Origin: Haliotis rufescens
Lineage: Eukaryota
Length of the DNA: 64,000 bases
Direction of reading: 5' to 3'
NCBI RefSeq assembly: GCF_023055435.1
Contig: NW_025964383.1
Span: 17,546,001 to 17,610,000, forward strand
The notes under the pieces are model-generated. The model saw only the letters and a list, made by a program, of their open reading frames with translations, searched no databases and had not been told where the DNA came from. Positions 22,801 through 35,999 of this stretch are shown here, piece after piece; within the stretch, counting starts at the first letter, position 1, and each line of letters opens with the position of its first letter. Both the position numbers and the translations under genes were made by a program.

Positions 22801-25800
22801 TATTCTCTTCATATAAACTTATTTTCTGCAGTGGCAAAACTTTTGCAAGAAATCAGATTGTTCAACAAATGGCTCCATTGTGTACACTCATGTCTGCAAG
22901 GATTTATTCGACAGCCTTGGCGAATATCTCAATTTTACGTACGTATAACAATATATACCCATCCCCACTATTTTTATCAGCCTTATTGTTATAATTGTTA
23001 CTGTTCATGGTCTTTTTACCATACAACCATAACAACACAACTGCTTTACTACGCTAATAAATTACGGTAATGACAGGAAACGAGTATTACATAAAATGAT
23101 GGGGCGGTCGGGTAGCCTAGTGGTTAAAGCGTTCGCTCGTCGCACTGAAGACCTGGGTTCGATTCCCGACATGGGTAAAATGTGTGAAGCCCATTTCTGG
23201 TGTCCACCTCCGCGAAAGTGCTGGAATATCGCTAAAATTGGCGTAAAACCATACTTGCTCACTCACATATAATGATATCAATATGAAATCCCGTTTAATT
23301 GTCATGCCAACTCACATTCATTATGATGTTTCACTGTTATTATCAGTATTATATTTACTATTGTTACTGCTGGTGCCCATTTTACCATAGGACAACAATT
23401 GCTTAACTACGCTATCGAAACGAAAGTAGTTTACATGTAATGATATTAACTTATAGGTCCCTCCCATTCCACGGCCATGTCCACTCACATTCACGATGCA
23501 TGTTGTAAACACATGATGTATCTAATATTTTCCACGGCCATGATATTTCACTTTCACTTCAGATATGAACTGATCGAACCACCGGACAAGTCCTGGGGTG
23601 AATTGTCAGAAACATGGAGCGGTCTTCTTGGCATGGTAGCACGAAATGTAAGGAGAGAACATATTGAGTCGAACTGTTTGCAAATGTAGGTCCATTTAAA
23701 CATCACATATTAAGCCATTCCCCTTTGCCTTTCTAGGATGTCGACCTTGCTGGCATACCATACGGGATCACTCTGACAAGATCCAAGTCCGTTGCATTTT
23801 CTTGTATCATGTACCAAACGGAATGCGAGGTACTGTATAAGAAACTGTCAAATAATAACGAACATTGGATGTTCTTGGTGTCTGTCTTCAAATGGGAAGT
23901 GTATGCATCCGGACTACTAACAATGGCATGGTGCATAGGACTCTATACATTGCTGGAACGATACAGTGTTGGAGAGCATAACGAGGCCGGGGAGGTTTCT
24001 GCATGCCCACCATCAACATCAGACAGTGTCATGACGGCCGTTCTTGTGCCGCTGCATCAAGGTACCTATCATTCAGATTCAGGTCAATATTGGCTGTCAA
24101 AGCTGGTCCAACGAGTTTATATTATCGTCGGCCTAACGTTGAAAATATAGAGTTCTTCAATACTTCTCAAGTATTCTTGAATGTGGTCCACAATTCATCG
24201 ATTAAGATGGAATTGGGAAAACAATAACTGGTGTCTACCCTGTACTGATGCATTGTTCAGTTGTGAGTTGTTATATACGTGAACCTAAATCTATCCTCCA
24301 AATCTGTCGATGTAGGGCCAATAAATAAAATCATGATATTCTTTAAAAAAGGTTTTGACCTCAAGCAGGTTTTCATTTCTTATTTTTGAAAATAATTATA
24401 AAAGCACTTTGTAATTTTAATAATATTTTAAACTTTTGTTTTATTCTTTCAACTTGTCATAAAAGGTTATTTGTTTATCCGATATATTGAGGACAGATGC
24501 AACCAACACAGGAGCCAATGGGTGCAGCGTGTTTCAGTACCTCCATTTGTAAAATGAAGGGAAATATTACAAAATATAAATAGACAAGATTCTAGGCGAA
24601 CGTTATTCTTCAAATGATACAGAAGTACTGATCTTGGGTTGAACATCAGTTTTGTCCATTTCTGACTATCCGCCGCTGAAGTGAAACTAGCACATGTAAA
24701 ATACAAGGTGGGGACACCATGTAACACTCTGTGGTAATTACATTAAGCAACAACAGGAATGATGTTTTCCAAAGTGGAAACACAATGCTTCATCATAAAT
24801 CATGTGCCATGATTCCATAGTCGTGTACTTGGGCAAAGAGGAGGATATTAAAGACAAAATAAGTGTGATATTCTATTCAGTAGCTTTATTCTGAAAGGTG
24901 GAAATGTTAATGGTATCATGCATATTGTTTTCTCCTTAAATTGTACTTGTCAGGTATCTACTTGAACTGCAGTTGTGGTTTTCACACGAACACTATAATG
25001 CCAGGTTACATATAGGCATCTAAAAAAGCAAACGTTAAATAAAGTAGGTTTATTAAAATATATCTGCCAAGTTCAACCAAAATATCCATATTTTATTAAA
25101 CAGTAAAACAATGTTTGGTTTATGCTAACATATATAAAGTTCTCAGTTCTCTCGCACTTTCGTGTTACTCAGTATATCTGTAAATGCCGCATCTTGAACA
25201 CAATCGCAATGTAACAGTACACGGTGTAGTAGTATTCTGTGCTGATTTAGCCCTTTTAGAACACGACACACACCCTTCATCTTGAAAACTTTCCTATGTC
25301 GTCGGTGCATATGTAAAATATGCCAGTTCAGGTGGAAAAAAGACGGCTTATCAGTGTTACCCTGTATTACAAGTTCATCTAACTAAGCTTCAGAGCAAAA
25401 TGTATCTCACTAATATTACCTTACATATCTTAATATTTGCTGAAATTCTTTTGTGATTTTAATTTTGTACACTATCTATGATGTTATTGGTGATGGCATA
25501 TACGAATATGTGATCAGCTAATGAAAATCAACCAGTAAATGTACTTCACTGTACCAGTGACTCTTTGGGACGTAGCATAATTGACTATGTTTCTCAAGAT
25601 ATACTTCTCTAAAGAAGACTCTTTCATATGACCAATGAATGACATTACCTATAGTAAATTACTGTTATATGAATGAATGGCATTTTCTTCAACTTCATGT
25701 GAGCAGTACATTTAACATTTGGAAACACTGCATCCACAGGTTCGCTGCATCCCCCACAGACCATACCTGGCTGCATATTCTTCGCAAGCTGGTGGTTGTT

Positions 25801-27090
25801 TTGCATCACCATTGTCGCAGTTTACGCGGGTAATCTCCTTGCAATTATATCAGTGGTAAAAGAAAAAATCCCCTTCAATACGATGGAAGAGCTTGTAGAA
25901 AATGATGACTTCAAGATTATCATTACAAAAGGGACAGCTCCTGAAGAAATCTTCAAGGTAAGAATCATAGTTCTTAAGGAAACTGTGTAATTGTGTTGTC
26001 TTTGACCTTACTCCAGTTCCCCTTTGTTGTATTACAGGAAAGCCACACATCGAAGGTGGTCATGGATGAGAACTTTTATGTCCCGAACGTGATTAACCAT
26101 CCAAATATATAAACTTTTGTATACAAGATTTGATGTATAAAAGAGACATATCCGCAACGTACGTCTATCAGCGGACTTCCAATAATTCTGTTTTCCGAAC
26201 GATTTTCAGTATTCTAATGATAGTGTGAGTAAGAAAATCTGGACAAAAGTGTTGGACTCCCGATCTGCAGATATCCGAAACTCTCTGGACGAAGATCTTT
26301 ACTATAAGATGCTCCTACAGTCCGGCCACTACGCATACATTACCGGTTCAGACAGTATTTATGATATGGAGTCAGTTAATAACCTCAGAAGGATGACTTG
26401 TGGTACTGGTCCGAAATATCTGAGCCTGCCATTTCCATTAAATTCACCACTTGTGGAGTTATTCTCAGAGAAGTAAGTACTAAAAGCGCACGTTTCATTT
26501 TTAAAAAATGACACGCTGGAAATATATCCTATGCAGTTACAGATGCGTTGGTGCAGTTTGTGTCAATTTGTGGAATATATGTTTATGTACTAAAGTGAAC
26601 ACAATCACTTCTAAAACCGAAAAATGATATAATATAATTGTTTTTAATTGTTAAAGTTTTTGTTTTTAAATGAGTAAATGAGTACCGTTTTACGTCCTCT
26701 TAGCAATAGTTCAGCAATATCACGTCAGGAAACACCAGAAATGGGCTTCACACATTGTACCTATTCGGAGAATCCAACCAGGTCTATTGCAAACACTTTT
26801 ACTTCTAAGCTTTCCCACCGCCCCCGTTGTAATTGATTTGTGCACAGTAGTAACGCAAATATACGTCTCACTGTTTCAGACTCATTCGTCTGTATGATAA
26901 CGGCATGCTGGAAGCCTGGGAAAGAAAATGGTCCAGCGACAAAACGGAGGAACATGGCCATGCAATGACGAAGCTTCTAATGAGCCATTTGCAGAGTGCG
27001 TGGATAATGTGTGTATCGGGAATTACAGTAGCCATCATTGTATTGGGAATTGAACATTTCCTAAACTATCGTAAAAAAAAGATTGATTGA
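19814..27090 (+). CDS. Divergent ionotropic receptor B, 11 exons, 644 aa
   Basis: Exons 19814..19901, 20437..20541, 21108..21316, 21481..21615, 21775..21963, 22832..22938, 23563..23647, 23737..24061, 25740..25957, 26210..26472, 26880..27090. All introns are GT-AG and the exons total 1935 nt in one open frame. Signal peptide; LFPN...LNGRKLKIGVLEW; PPDKSWG...WSGLLGMV; DLAGIPYGITLTRSKSVAFS (S1 Arg); VFKWEVY (pre-M1); LHQG; VYAGNLLAI (M3); M4. Confidence 0.9.
20675..21066. mobile_element. PLE-derived array: three tandem ~82-bp units plus one inverted unit, each carrying a hammerhead-like motif, in intron 2 of IR-B
   Basis: Units ~20686..20771, 20772..20853, 20854..20934, then inverted 20941..21036. 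Flanked by AGTATTCCTGTTATTA / AGTAATTCCCGTTATTA; absent from paralog C. A related unit at 32433..32525 is attached to a GIY-YIG C-terminus. Confidence 0.82.
20946..20985 (+). ncRNA. Minimal hammerhead ribozyme variant (U3-A8 core)
   Basis: GC-TTGATAA-C-GGTGT(TAGAACCT)ACACC-GAAA-CG-TC-GC. Stem I is very short, so activity is uncertain. Confidence 0.6.
23101..23266 (+). mobile_element. SINE family A in intron 6 of IR-B
   Basis: Full-length match to the reverse complement of 4480..4643. Confidence 0.88.
26672..26825 (-). mobile_element. Degenerate SINE family A in intron 10 of IR-B
   Basis: CACCAGAAATGGGCTTCACACATTGTACC core is retained. Confidence 0.7.
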
Positions 27091-27151
27091 CTATTCTATA
27101 AAAAAACCTCTTGATGCTATCTTTGTTGCATCGGTAAATCCGGTTAAAATA

Positions 27152-28429
27152 TACTGAACCGCAAAAAAACGTCACCCCAAGTAACATTGCATGAAAAGTT
27201 GTCATTTAAATATCTGGGTAATGTTTGACAAAGTTTCTAAAATTTAACATTACATTGTCTGGAAAAATTAAAATTGATGATAAAAAAACACAAAGCAGAT
27301 GACAATAAAACCGATGGCCCAAACGCATCATGGCAACGACCATGGGAAGCCGATGCACGTGAGTTCCGTACAAATTGAAATGCACACGCGTTCCCCCATT
27401 TCTTGCCCTATAAACATCCACCCAGATCGGATAACATTCATTCGTTATTGAATTGCTGTCACATGCCAAGATAGACAAGAAATCAGCGACACCAAGCCCT
27501 TGGACGATTGCAAGCTGGACAAACCGCCCGGCAATGTAGCCAATGCCTTTCCAGTCCACGTAAGGACCATATACAGGCTTCAGCAAACGGTAACAGACAA
27601 CCAACACTTCAGATGATCGACCACGTATTGGAAGACCAAGGGTCACCACCCGACGTCAGGATCGTTAGATTGTGCTACAGCATCTCCAAGATCGCTTTGT
27701 TACTGCTGCGGAAACTACTCGACAGACCATGGGGACACACCAGCGACACATCAGTGCGGACACCGTGCGTCTGGCGACGCCGTGGGGAACGTGATTCGGA
27801 TGCTTGTGTTGTTGAGAGAGACTCGTGGGGTAGTCCAAGCATCATGGTGTGGAGTGGAATTGGTCTTGCACGGAGGGTTGGCCTTGTGACCTTCCATATC
27901 ATCGGTCCAGGGAGAGGCAATAGTGTCACAGCAGCTCGGTACATTGATCAAGTCTTGAGACCACACGCCATACCTCATTTGGCACGTCGGCGCAACTTCG
28001 AGATTCAGCATGATACCGCCCGTGCCCACACTGCGAGAGCAACAAGAGACTTCCTCCAGCAGACTGGCATCAGAACCATGCATCGGCCTGCCTTCAGTCC
28101 CGATATAAATCCCACTGAGCACCTGTGGCACGAGATTCAAAGACGGCTGAATGACGTCCGACCAAGGCCAACAACTGCAGCCGAACTGCGTCAGGCGTTC
28201 CTCAGAGTGTGGGCTCAAGGACAAACGAGATACTGACTTGTGATGCCATTTTCTCAGAGACTAGTGTTGTGTTTCACTTTAAGAACATTTGACACTTTAA
28301 TTTCAACCTTGATAATCAGTTTTGCCAAGTTTCATCATTTTAATATGTCTCAAAGTATGTTTACAGTGTTTGGACAAATAAGGTTTTTCATGTATCTATC
28401 CATGATGACGTTTCTCTTGCGGTTCAGTA
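27152..28429 (+). mobile_element. Internally deleted Tc1 (DD34E) transposon with both TIRs
   Basis: TIRs TACTGAACCGCAAAAAAACGTCA / TGACGTTTCTCTTGCGGTTCAGTA with TA flanks. ORF 27508..28236 has IMVWSGI, QHDTARAH and SPDINPTEHLW with 34 residues between D and E; in-frame stop near the original ATG (27463). Confidence 0.9.
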
Positions 28430-29779
28430 TATACTACTCAACAGAAGAAAAAAGAATACCCGATTCTATCATATTACTTTAGTTAATGTGTCATGTCAGG
28501 CCATCACATACATCACTGTTCTTTTGTGTAGACACAGAGTAATACTGGCATTACAGGTTAAGGATAATAATACAAAAGAATTGGGTGTTCTTTAACTTCT
28601 TTTAAGTTGTACATCTGGCACAACACAATCGAGCATATCGTTAACTATAGACATTCTGGACTGTCTGGTTCAATTAAAGATGTATACTACAGATTAATTT
28701 GTTACATTTAAAAAATGTAATGGCATCAAAGCCTCCAGAAAATACATTTAATGACAACAAACAATGAACATCAGAAGCTTGTTTCTTTTTTTCCTTTTTG
28801 GAAAGAGGTTTGTTGCTTTTTAACGTGGGAGTGATTGTTCATGCCTTCCTAAAATTGATTATTCGCTCATTCGATTTCACCATAGACTTTGAAACATATA
28901 AACATACGGTAAACATTGTCAGTCGTGTTTTTTCTCACACCTTTCAAGTCTTCCGTGCTCTTTTCGTAAAGTAACGTGACACATCAGTGAACAAAAAGAA
29001 TCTCTATTTTGACTTGTATCACATATTCCCGTATTTTTTAGATGTGGAATGTCCTTGCCTTTTATGTGTTTGTGAGATTGTGTGAGCTGTTGGTGCTACC
29101 GGTAGGGCAGCCGCAGGGCATGCTTACCCTCATCGCAAACCTTTTTTGCCTTTTACGCCCAATGGAATATGTTTCGACGGCTTTGGTGTGGACGTTTTGT
29201 AATTATTATAAATATGGAAGGGTTTTGTCCTTTTATTCTCTACAAGAAATGTACTCAAGCTCCAACTGTGAATGTTTTAATGATGCTAGAGTAATGTACA
29301 CACATGCTTATTGCAAAGTCGGAATCGTGGAATCGACTCTGCTTTAAGCAGAGATTTCTTATGAATATGGAGAGAGTTTTATGTGCCACGTTTGCATGTT
29401 TTAGTGACTTTGACATCATGTTTGGAGATGTTTACATATGTATGACATCCTGTTTCGTTTGCAATTCAGTCGCATGTTTCTTTATTTTTCAAGGGGTATT
29501 AATTGCAAATGTATTAAAACATGAATTACATGTTCTATGGGGTACAAATCATAGAAAATCCCCAACACCTTACCTTTGTAAAACGGGGTATCATGCGGAA
29601 TAATCATTCATACCCTGACACAATATTTATGTTTAAAGATTTGAAAATATTGAACAATATTGTTTTACAGTTCAAAAGTTTACAGGCCTTTTACGTTGGA
29701 CGTAAAATCGACCGCATGACAGTGGAACTACAATGTGGTCCTCACTTCATGAAGGTTCGTATTCCAACAGAAAAGACGA

Positions 29780-30000
29780 ATGTGTGTTTGTTTTGTTGCT
29801 CAACGCCGCGCTCAGCAATACTCAAGCATCAAGGCGGCAGTTTGCTAATAAGCGACTTTGAACAAGACAGTCCAGTGGTGTACATGATGAATATTGATCT
29901 ACGCAATGTGGATATGATGACATACATCATCCAAGTCGCCGATCCTCTTACGACAAGCATTGGCTACTGATGACCAATTCGAATCCAGATCTTCACGGGA
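29780..30000 (-). mobile_element. Degenerate SINE-like family D
   Basis: CTCTTACGACAAGCAT...GATCTTCACGGG. Confidence 0.7.
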
Positions 30001-30326
30001 GTCCAAAATAGTGTACAAACAAGATGATCTCAAATATAGAATCAGTATACATGATTGAAGGCACCTCGTTTTAACACAAATAAACACAAATATTCTGTCC
30101 GTGTGAAAGTTAGGTTTTATAAGACCAATAAACCACAGAAACCCAACGAGTTATCGAAGATAGAGCCTCAGACAGACATGTTCTATGTTATAGTCTCACC
30201 CCGATGTATACCAATATAAATAAAGTATAAAATCATACCTTTGGATTAAAATGCACGAGCGATTCATTGAATTATGAGAGACTGTAGAACAAGGTATTAT
30301 ACAACCTATATACAAAAACAATTAAC

Positions 30327-30495
30327 TACAGTTGTAACGAACTCAAAGAGACCACTATTTTTAGTTCGTGATAACCGCCGTTCGTTATGAGCATACATAC
30401 AGCATATATACAACAAATGGCCTGGACTAGAAAATAAGTTCGTTAAATCGGTCAGTTCTTTCTAAGCGTGTTCGTTATAAACGTAGTTTACTGTA
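30327..30495. mobile_element. Tc1/pogo-type MITE remnant
   Basis: TACAGT...TAACGAAC at left and GTTCGTTATAAACGTAGTTTACTGTA at right; internal GTTCGTTA repeats. Confidence 0.55.
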
Positions 30496-30864
30496 CTGTT
30501 ATAACATCACTGATAAAATATGTTTCTCCGTCGCTTTGTTTGTAAATTTTGATCTCAGAATCTAAATATTTGAGCTCAGTTGCCACTGGTGCTGTCAAAA
30601 CAACAATGACTTAACTGTCAGTTAAAGATTTCCTAGCAACTGCTACTTTTGTACTTTCTTCGCTTTTACAAATTGATCTGAACAGTCTCTCAGATCTATA
30701 TGTATATCTTCTGGGTAAATGTTATTTTTGTTGGTGCAACGAATTTATCATAGTTTAATTTTATACCTAAATCTAAGCCGACGCAAGCATTCCAATACTT
30801 CTTTATAGGGGTCTTTATTCCCGGTAATAATAGCAAAGTAATCCAGATAAAGATATAAAGATAT

Positions 30865-31283
30865 TGTCATATCGTATCCCTTACGTTTCATTATAGGGGT
30901 AATATTAGACGCTATGGGTTGGAAGATCTCGGGCTACGAGCAGAGCCGAACGGAAGCTTAGTGCCAAACATATAACTCACGTGATTATCCACAGATCTCA
31001 AAGAATTGCCACTGAAGACCTAGCGCAGGATACCAATCAGGATGGACGGGTTCGCCTCTGTACGCATTCTTTAAATCCAGTTTCGCAATGTACCCCCTGG
31101 TGGTAACATGGCTGTCGCGCTACCTATAGTGTCGTACACACAGCGTTCTCAGGGACCTAATCGTTCACACATGGCCCGCCCAGTCTACTACAGTCTTATA
31201 TGCCGTTGTGGTGCTTGCCGAGTTGAACCTAAATAAAGCTTTACTCCTTATTTACCACAGAATTGTATAGTTTCAATATGACA
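30865..31283 (+). mobile_element. Possible solo LTR
   Basis: TGTCATAT ... ATATGACA inverted termini, higher GC than the flanks, AATAAA about 50 bp from the right end; no matching TSD. Confidence 0.5.
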
Positions 31284-32480
31284 GCAACAGCTTATCAAAC
31301 ATGATGAAATATTTTTTTTAAATCTTGTTATTTAATAAAGTTTGTTGGAGAAATACATTTGAAAAATAAATGACTTGAAAATATGAAATAGGATGCGATG
31401 AAATTAAACATACTTCTATGAAGGGTTATTTCATTTATTCTTTTTAAAACACTGTGCCCTGGGGTAACCATTATTTTGAACTATTCAAGAATAAAAGTAA
31501 TAATCTTGAACAGGTGTAATATTTGTTAAATGTATTACTACCTGTGACCCCGTTTCGGAACATTCTAAGATAGCTGACCTATGCACTTATGTGTAATTAC
31601 GCGTTCCAGAAGACTATCGTCTTGGAACCGTTCTTGTCCTCATATTAGAATGGAGATATGCCTACTGTGTTTTGAAATTTGATGTAGTCCGACGGTACAA
31701 TGTACATAAGATACCTCTTACTTATACAATAAGCGTTAAAGCGCTAGGATCCAAATGAAAATGTGAGGTATCGAATCTAATGTGTGGCTGCATCAAATTT
31801 TAATACACAGTAGGTTTATCTCCTAAATAACAACCCGACCACAGAGCACATAAATCGTAATCCCATGAAAACTGCAACGCGATTCGCTTCCTGCGTGTGT
31901 ACTTCTGTTTTCGATCATGCAACTTCCTATGTGCTTATTGGATTGGAAACATGGAGAGAGTTCGGGTTTTTGACCGGCATCACTGAGGGCAATGTCGGCT
32001 AAAAATATTTTACCAGTCCAGTTTCGAACTCGATAATTATATAACGTGTTGCACGATGTAAAATATAAGTACTCGTATTTGAAGGAAAGTGTCTTAGGAA
32101 TTGAACCATTTTGCATGTGTCCCGACCACAGCTTCCTGCACTGAAAAAGTAACAGTTAATGATTGGAATAATTAAAATCTACCTCTCAAAAGCAGACTCA
32201 AATGCGATCAAAAGCTTGTGCTAACAATCGCTATGAAGCGTTGATGGTACCAGGTGTTTGCAAATATCCTGACCCACCGGTGGCGGCCATCACAAAAACA
32301 TACAAAGGCAAGTCAATTCTTTCCCTGATAACGGAGAACATTTGATACAAATCTAAATAGGGATTTGTATCGAATATTAAAATACATCCGCAGACAAAGG
32401 GTTAAAGTTTAAGACATGATCAGCAGACGTGTTAAGGAAAGACAAGTTCTATGGGTGAACAACTTCTTTATTACAATTAG

Positions 32481-32520
32481 TGCGACGTTTCGGTGTAGAT
32501 CCTAACACCTTTATCAAGCA
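32481..32520 (-). ncRNA. Minimal hammerhead ribozyme variant (U3-A8 core)
   Basis: TGC-TTGATAA-A-GGTGT(TAGGATCT)ACACC-GAAA-CG-TC-GCA. Confidence 0.65.
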
Positions 32521-32525
32521 AGTGA

Positions 32526-32654
32526 NNNNNNNNNNNNNNNNNNNNNNNNNNNNNNNNNNNNNNNNNNNNNNNNNNNNNNNNNNNNNNNNNNNNNNNNNNN
32601 NNNNNNNNNNNNNNNNNNNNNNNNNNNNNNNNNNNNNNNNNNNNNNNNNNNNNN
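32526..32654. other. Assembly gap (129 N)
   Basis: Run of N. Confidence 1.
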
Positions 32655-33499
32655 ACCACGGAAGCTGATAGTGATGATTGGAAGCCAGTGAATTAGAAGC
32701 CAGTGAATTGTCTAATGGAGACAGAGTCAGCAAGCAGACTGATAGAGATGATTGGATGGACATAGGGATTTAGCAGTTAGGTGATCGTAAGCAGGCGGGA
32801 TGTAGTAGCCTTGATCTCTGTTCATTGCTGGCTGGATCCTTTTGATGTAGACGGCTTCTAGGAGTTTTCTGATTTTGTAGTCTGACATGTTTATTATTAT
32901 TGCTGATGTTTGTTATTATTGCTGATGTGTTTATAATGGTAGAAACGGTATATGATGATAAGTGTGTGACAGAACGTACACCGGGACCGAGTGGCCAATG
33001 TTCACGGTGCGGAGACCCTCTCTGTCACTTTCTCACATGCAGAATGTAGGACGGCGGTTCTTCATCGTCGACGAAGTTGTTGGTGATGTGGCGGCCGTAC
33101 AATCCGTCTCCTCCTGTTGATAATCTGTGCCGATCTCTCTGTCTGACTACCCTGGTAAAGCTTTGAATGGGTATCTTCTACATAGCGTGGTGTAAGGTCA
33201 GTCACCCACGTGCATATAAATACCTAAAATGCGGCGAGGTATTGGGACGGTAACCCCAGGATACCGAGTTACTTTTCTGACGCACATTTTTAAAATATCT
33301 GAAAAATGAACGTTGGGGGAAAATTGCGATAAATATCGATATTGAAACTGTATGCGTTTCGGTGTTATCACAAATCATGAGAAATTATTAAATCGTTCTC
33401 CATCAAAAAAGGAAGTAATAGGGAAATGGATTTTCCCCCCATGTGTAACACCTTTGTTTCAAGTAAGAGGCAACAGGCCCATAGAACATAACATTACAG

Positions 33500-34820
33500 A
33501 AATACAATTACTGATCAAGTGACTTATACAATTTCATTGCATTCAGTATGAATTTTGATAGCTGTACAATAGTAGGTTTATGATTAGATGACATCGGCCG
33601 AACAAAGGATCAATGTATCCATATCTTAAATCATTAAAAGCATACAATGATAGGCATACAAGTGCAAAATGATATAATTCATTTTCCACTAGACTAATAT
33701 TTAATCGAAGACAATATCTACACAAGCGACATTCTGGATCGATGCCTTTGCGTCTGCCCATTTCGATCATAAACTGATGACAGCCACATCTTAATCTTGA
33801 CAGCGCTTGTTTCAAAAGTGTAGAGTCGACTTGTGTAAGATATACTTCGGTACTATCCCCAAAGTTCGGAGCCGTATGTTAGAATGGGCAGAACCATGCT
33901 ATCAAAAATCTTTTGTGCAGTCGTAATTGGTAAGCCACCACACATAGAGTGCAATCTGTATATGAGTAAGCATACTTTCTCCGCCTGCTTTGCCGACCTG
34001 TTTCGATCTCGTCCAAACAAGTTTAGGTGTAAAATTAAGACCAAGATATTTATAAAAGGAGACGGTTTCGATCTGAGAGCCCCCGTAATACCATTTTTCA
34101 TACTGCCGTAGATATCCACCATTTCGATTTTTGTATATTTAGGTTCATACCCCATTTTTCACAAAAGCTGCTAAATTTGTCTCAGGCCCGATACTTTTCA
34201 CGCTTGGCTGTCTCACACTGCATGTTCCACCACGCGGGCTGTCGAGCGGGTATAGAGTCACGTGACCCATGCCGTCTGCTCATTGAAGCTGCTGCCCGAT
34301 CGAAAAGATGGGATATCTAATTGGGCGTTATCAATATCCTTATAAATTTCAGCATTAATATCCTTAATCAGTGATTTTTTTATTTTTTTTTTTTTTTTTG
34401 GGGGGGGGAGCTATCTCTCCAAACGTACTTTGTATAGGGTGTCAGTAACATGTCACCGGCTATGTCCATAAGCTTAGCGTTAATATTCAATTCACAAATA
34501 ATAGCGAAGTGATCAGATTCGTCCAGACTCAGCACCCTGAAGTCTATGACTTGCTCGAACAGAGCTGAGGTAGCAAGCATATAATCCACTCTGCCACATC
34601 CATTGTTTGCTCTACATGTGTAATTACCAACCTCATCTCCAGAAAACCTTCCATTAAGAAAATGAACACAATATATACAGCAAATGTCAAGCAGCCTTCT
34701 ACCAAAGTCGTTACCTCTTTATCCCTGTTTTACGGGGTAGTGAAAATCCATCGCTGTCATACCAATCACTAGCAGGTAGATATTCTGCATTGTCATCGAT
34801 AATGTAGTCTTCCTTTATTA
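33500..34820 (-). pseudogene. Fragmented non-LTR retrotransposon ORF2 (RTEX-like)
   Basis: APE endonuclease end DYMLAT...ESDHFAI; post-RT KIFDSMVLPILTYGSELWG; C-terminal ALSRLRCGCHQFMIEMGR..RLCRYC..ENELYHFALVC; large internal deletions. Confidence 0.8.
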
Positions 34821-35034
34821 TAAAAGCAGTTCGTTTCAAAATTTTAACACATGAAAGTCATATTTTCCAAAATGAGGTGTTCACACTTTCCATTGTATTA
34901 TTATAAATCTTATCCGCATATTATTTAAATTCCGATGTTTGAGCCATAAGTTGGGTATTCAACACTTTCGTTACAATGACAAAGTCAATACTGATTTTTT
35001 TAAGTGAAAGAAATGTAATCATAATGTAATTTAA

Positions 35035-35339
35035 GATGAATACCATTTCCTTTTAGTTTGTCCATTTTATATGGAAAACAGATAGCTCTACATCCCAAGC
35101 TACTATTACCAGTATCCACCACGAGCAAAATTTAATCAACTAGTAGCAACAAAAAATGTTAAGCTAATTAAAAATATTGCTATATATTTGAAAAGAAATC
35201 TGCCTGTATAATGTATCATAAATATTGTATTGAGATAGTATAACAGTTGTCCCACCTGTCCATGTGCAAAGATTTATCTCATGTATTGTACTCTTGGCCA
35301 TGCAGTCTTTGATACCGAATAAACTCCTTCTTCTTCTTT
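35035..35339 (+). pseudogene. 3' end of another RTEX-like LINE
   Basis: DEYHFLLVCPFY..R*LYIPSYYYQYP..AKFNQL, followed by AATAAA and a (CTT)n tail. Confidence 0.65.
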
Positions 35340-35349
35340 GAAACCTTAA

Positions 35350-35999
35350 AGGGCAAGTTCACACGGAAATGAACCTATTTTTCTTGTACTTTTTCCACAT
35401 TGAAAGTGTTAACCGAGTAGTGTCATAGACAAAAATATAAAAATATCACAATTAATTAACATATGTTTTGCGTTAAAACGATTTATATTTCACATTTACC
35501 AAGTGTTCTATTTCCATAACCAAAACACCATGGCTTATGCCCCTTGCAATATGACGTCATTGGTGCCAATTGATAAACATTATGACGTCAACAGGCTTTG
35601 TTAGAGCCGCTTCACGTGGTGTAGGTACAGGAATGTGACTCTAGCGTCTCAGATGCCAGCCAGCATAGTGTTATGCTGAGTCACCACTGCGCCGGAGTGT
35701 GTCGTAGGCCATGTTGTTTTACCGCAAACTGGTACTTGAAATCTTTTGCGTTGAGAATAGACAGAGACCCAGTTGAATTGGCACCAATTACGTCATAATC
35801 TAAGGGGGATAACTCAGGCCTGTTTAGCTCGAAAAACGAAGGCCTCATAACGGCATATCATTTTCACAGTATTGTGAGCTTCCTACTTTCACTGTGGAAA
35901 AAGTGAGTGTATATTTTCAAACACAAATACTAACTAATTCTTAAATTGCGTTTTGTTTAGAAAAAGAAAGAAAGTGATTTTTGCGTGTACACTTCCCCT
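35350..35999. mobile_element. Non-autonomous TTAA-targeting DNA transposon (Kolobok-like)
   Basis: TTAA|AGGGCAAGTTCACACG ... CGTGTACACTTCCCCT|TTAA. Confidence 0.75.

Larger units (their letters stand above)
32433..32890 (-). mobile_element. 5'-truncated Penelope-like element (second family): GIY-YIG C-terminus, 3' region and hammerhead-bearing terminal unit
   Basis: 32888..32727 translates MSDYKIRKLLEAVYIKRIQPAMNRDQGYYIPPAY, a typical PLE endonuclease end. The unit at 32450..32525 resembles the 20.7-kb array; flanked by GACGTGTT / GACATGTT. Confidence 0.75.
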
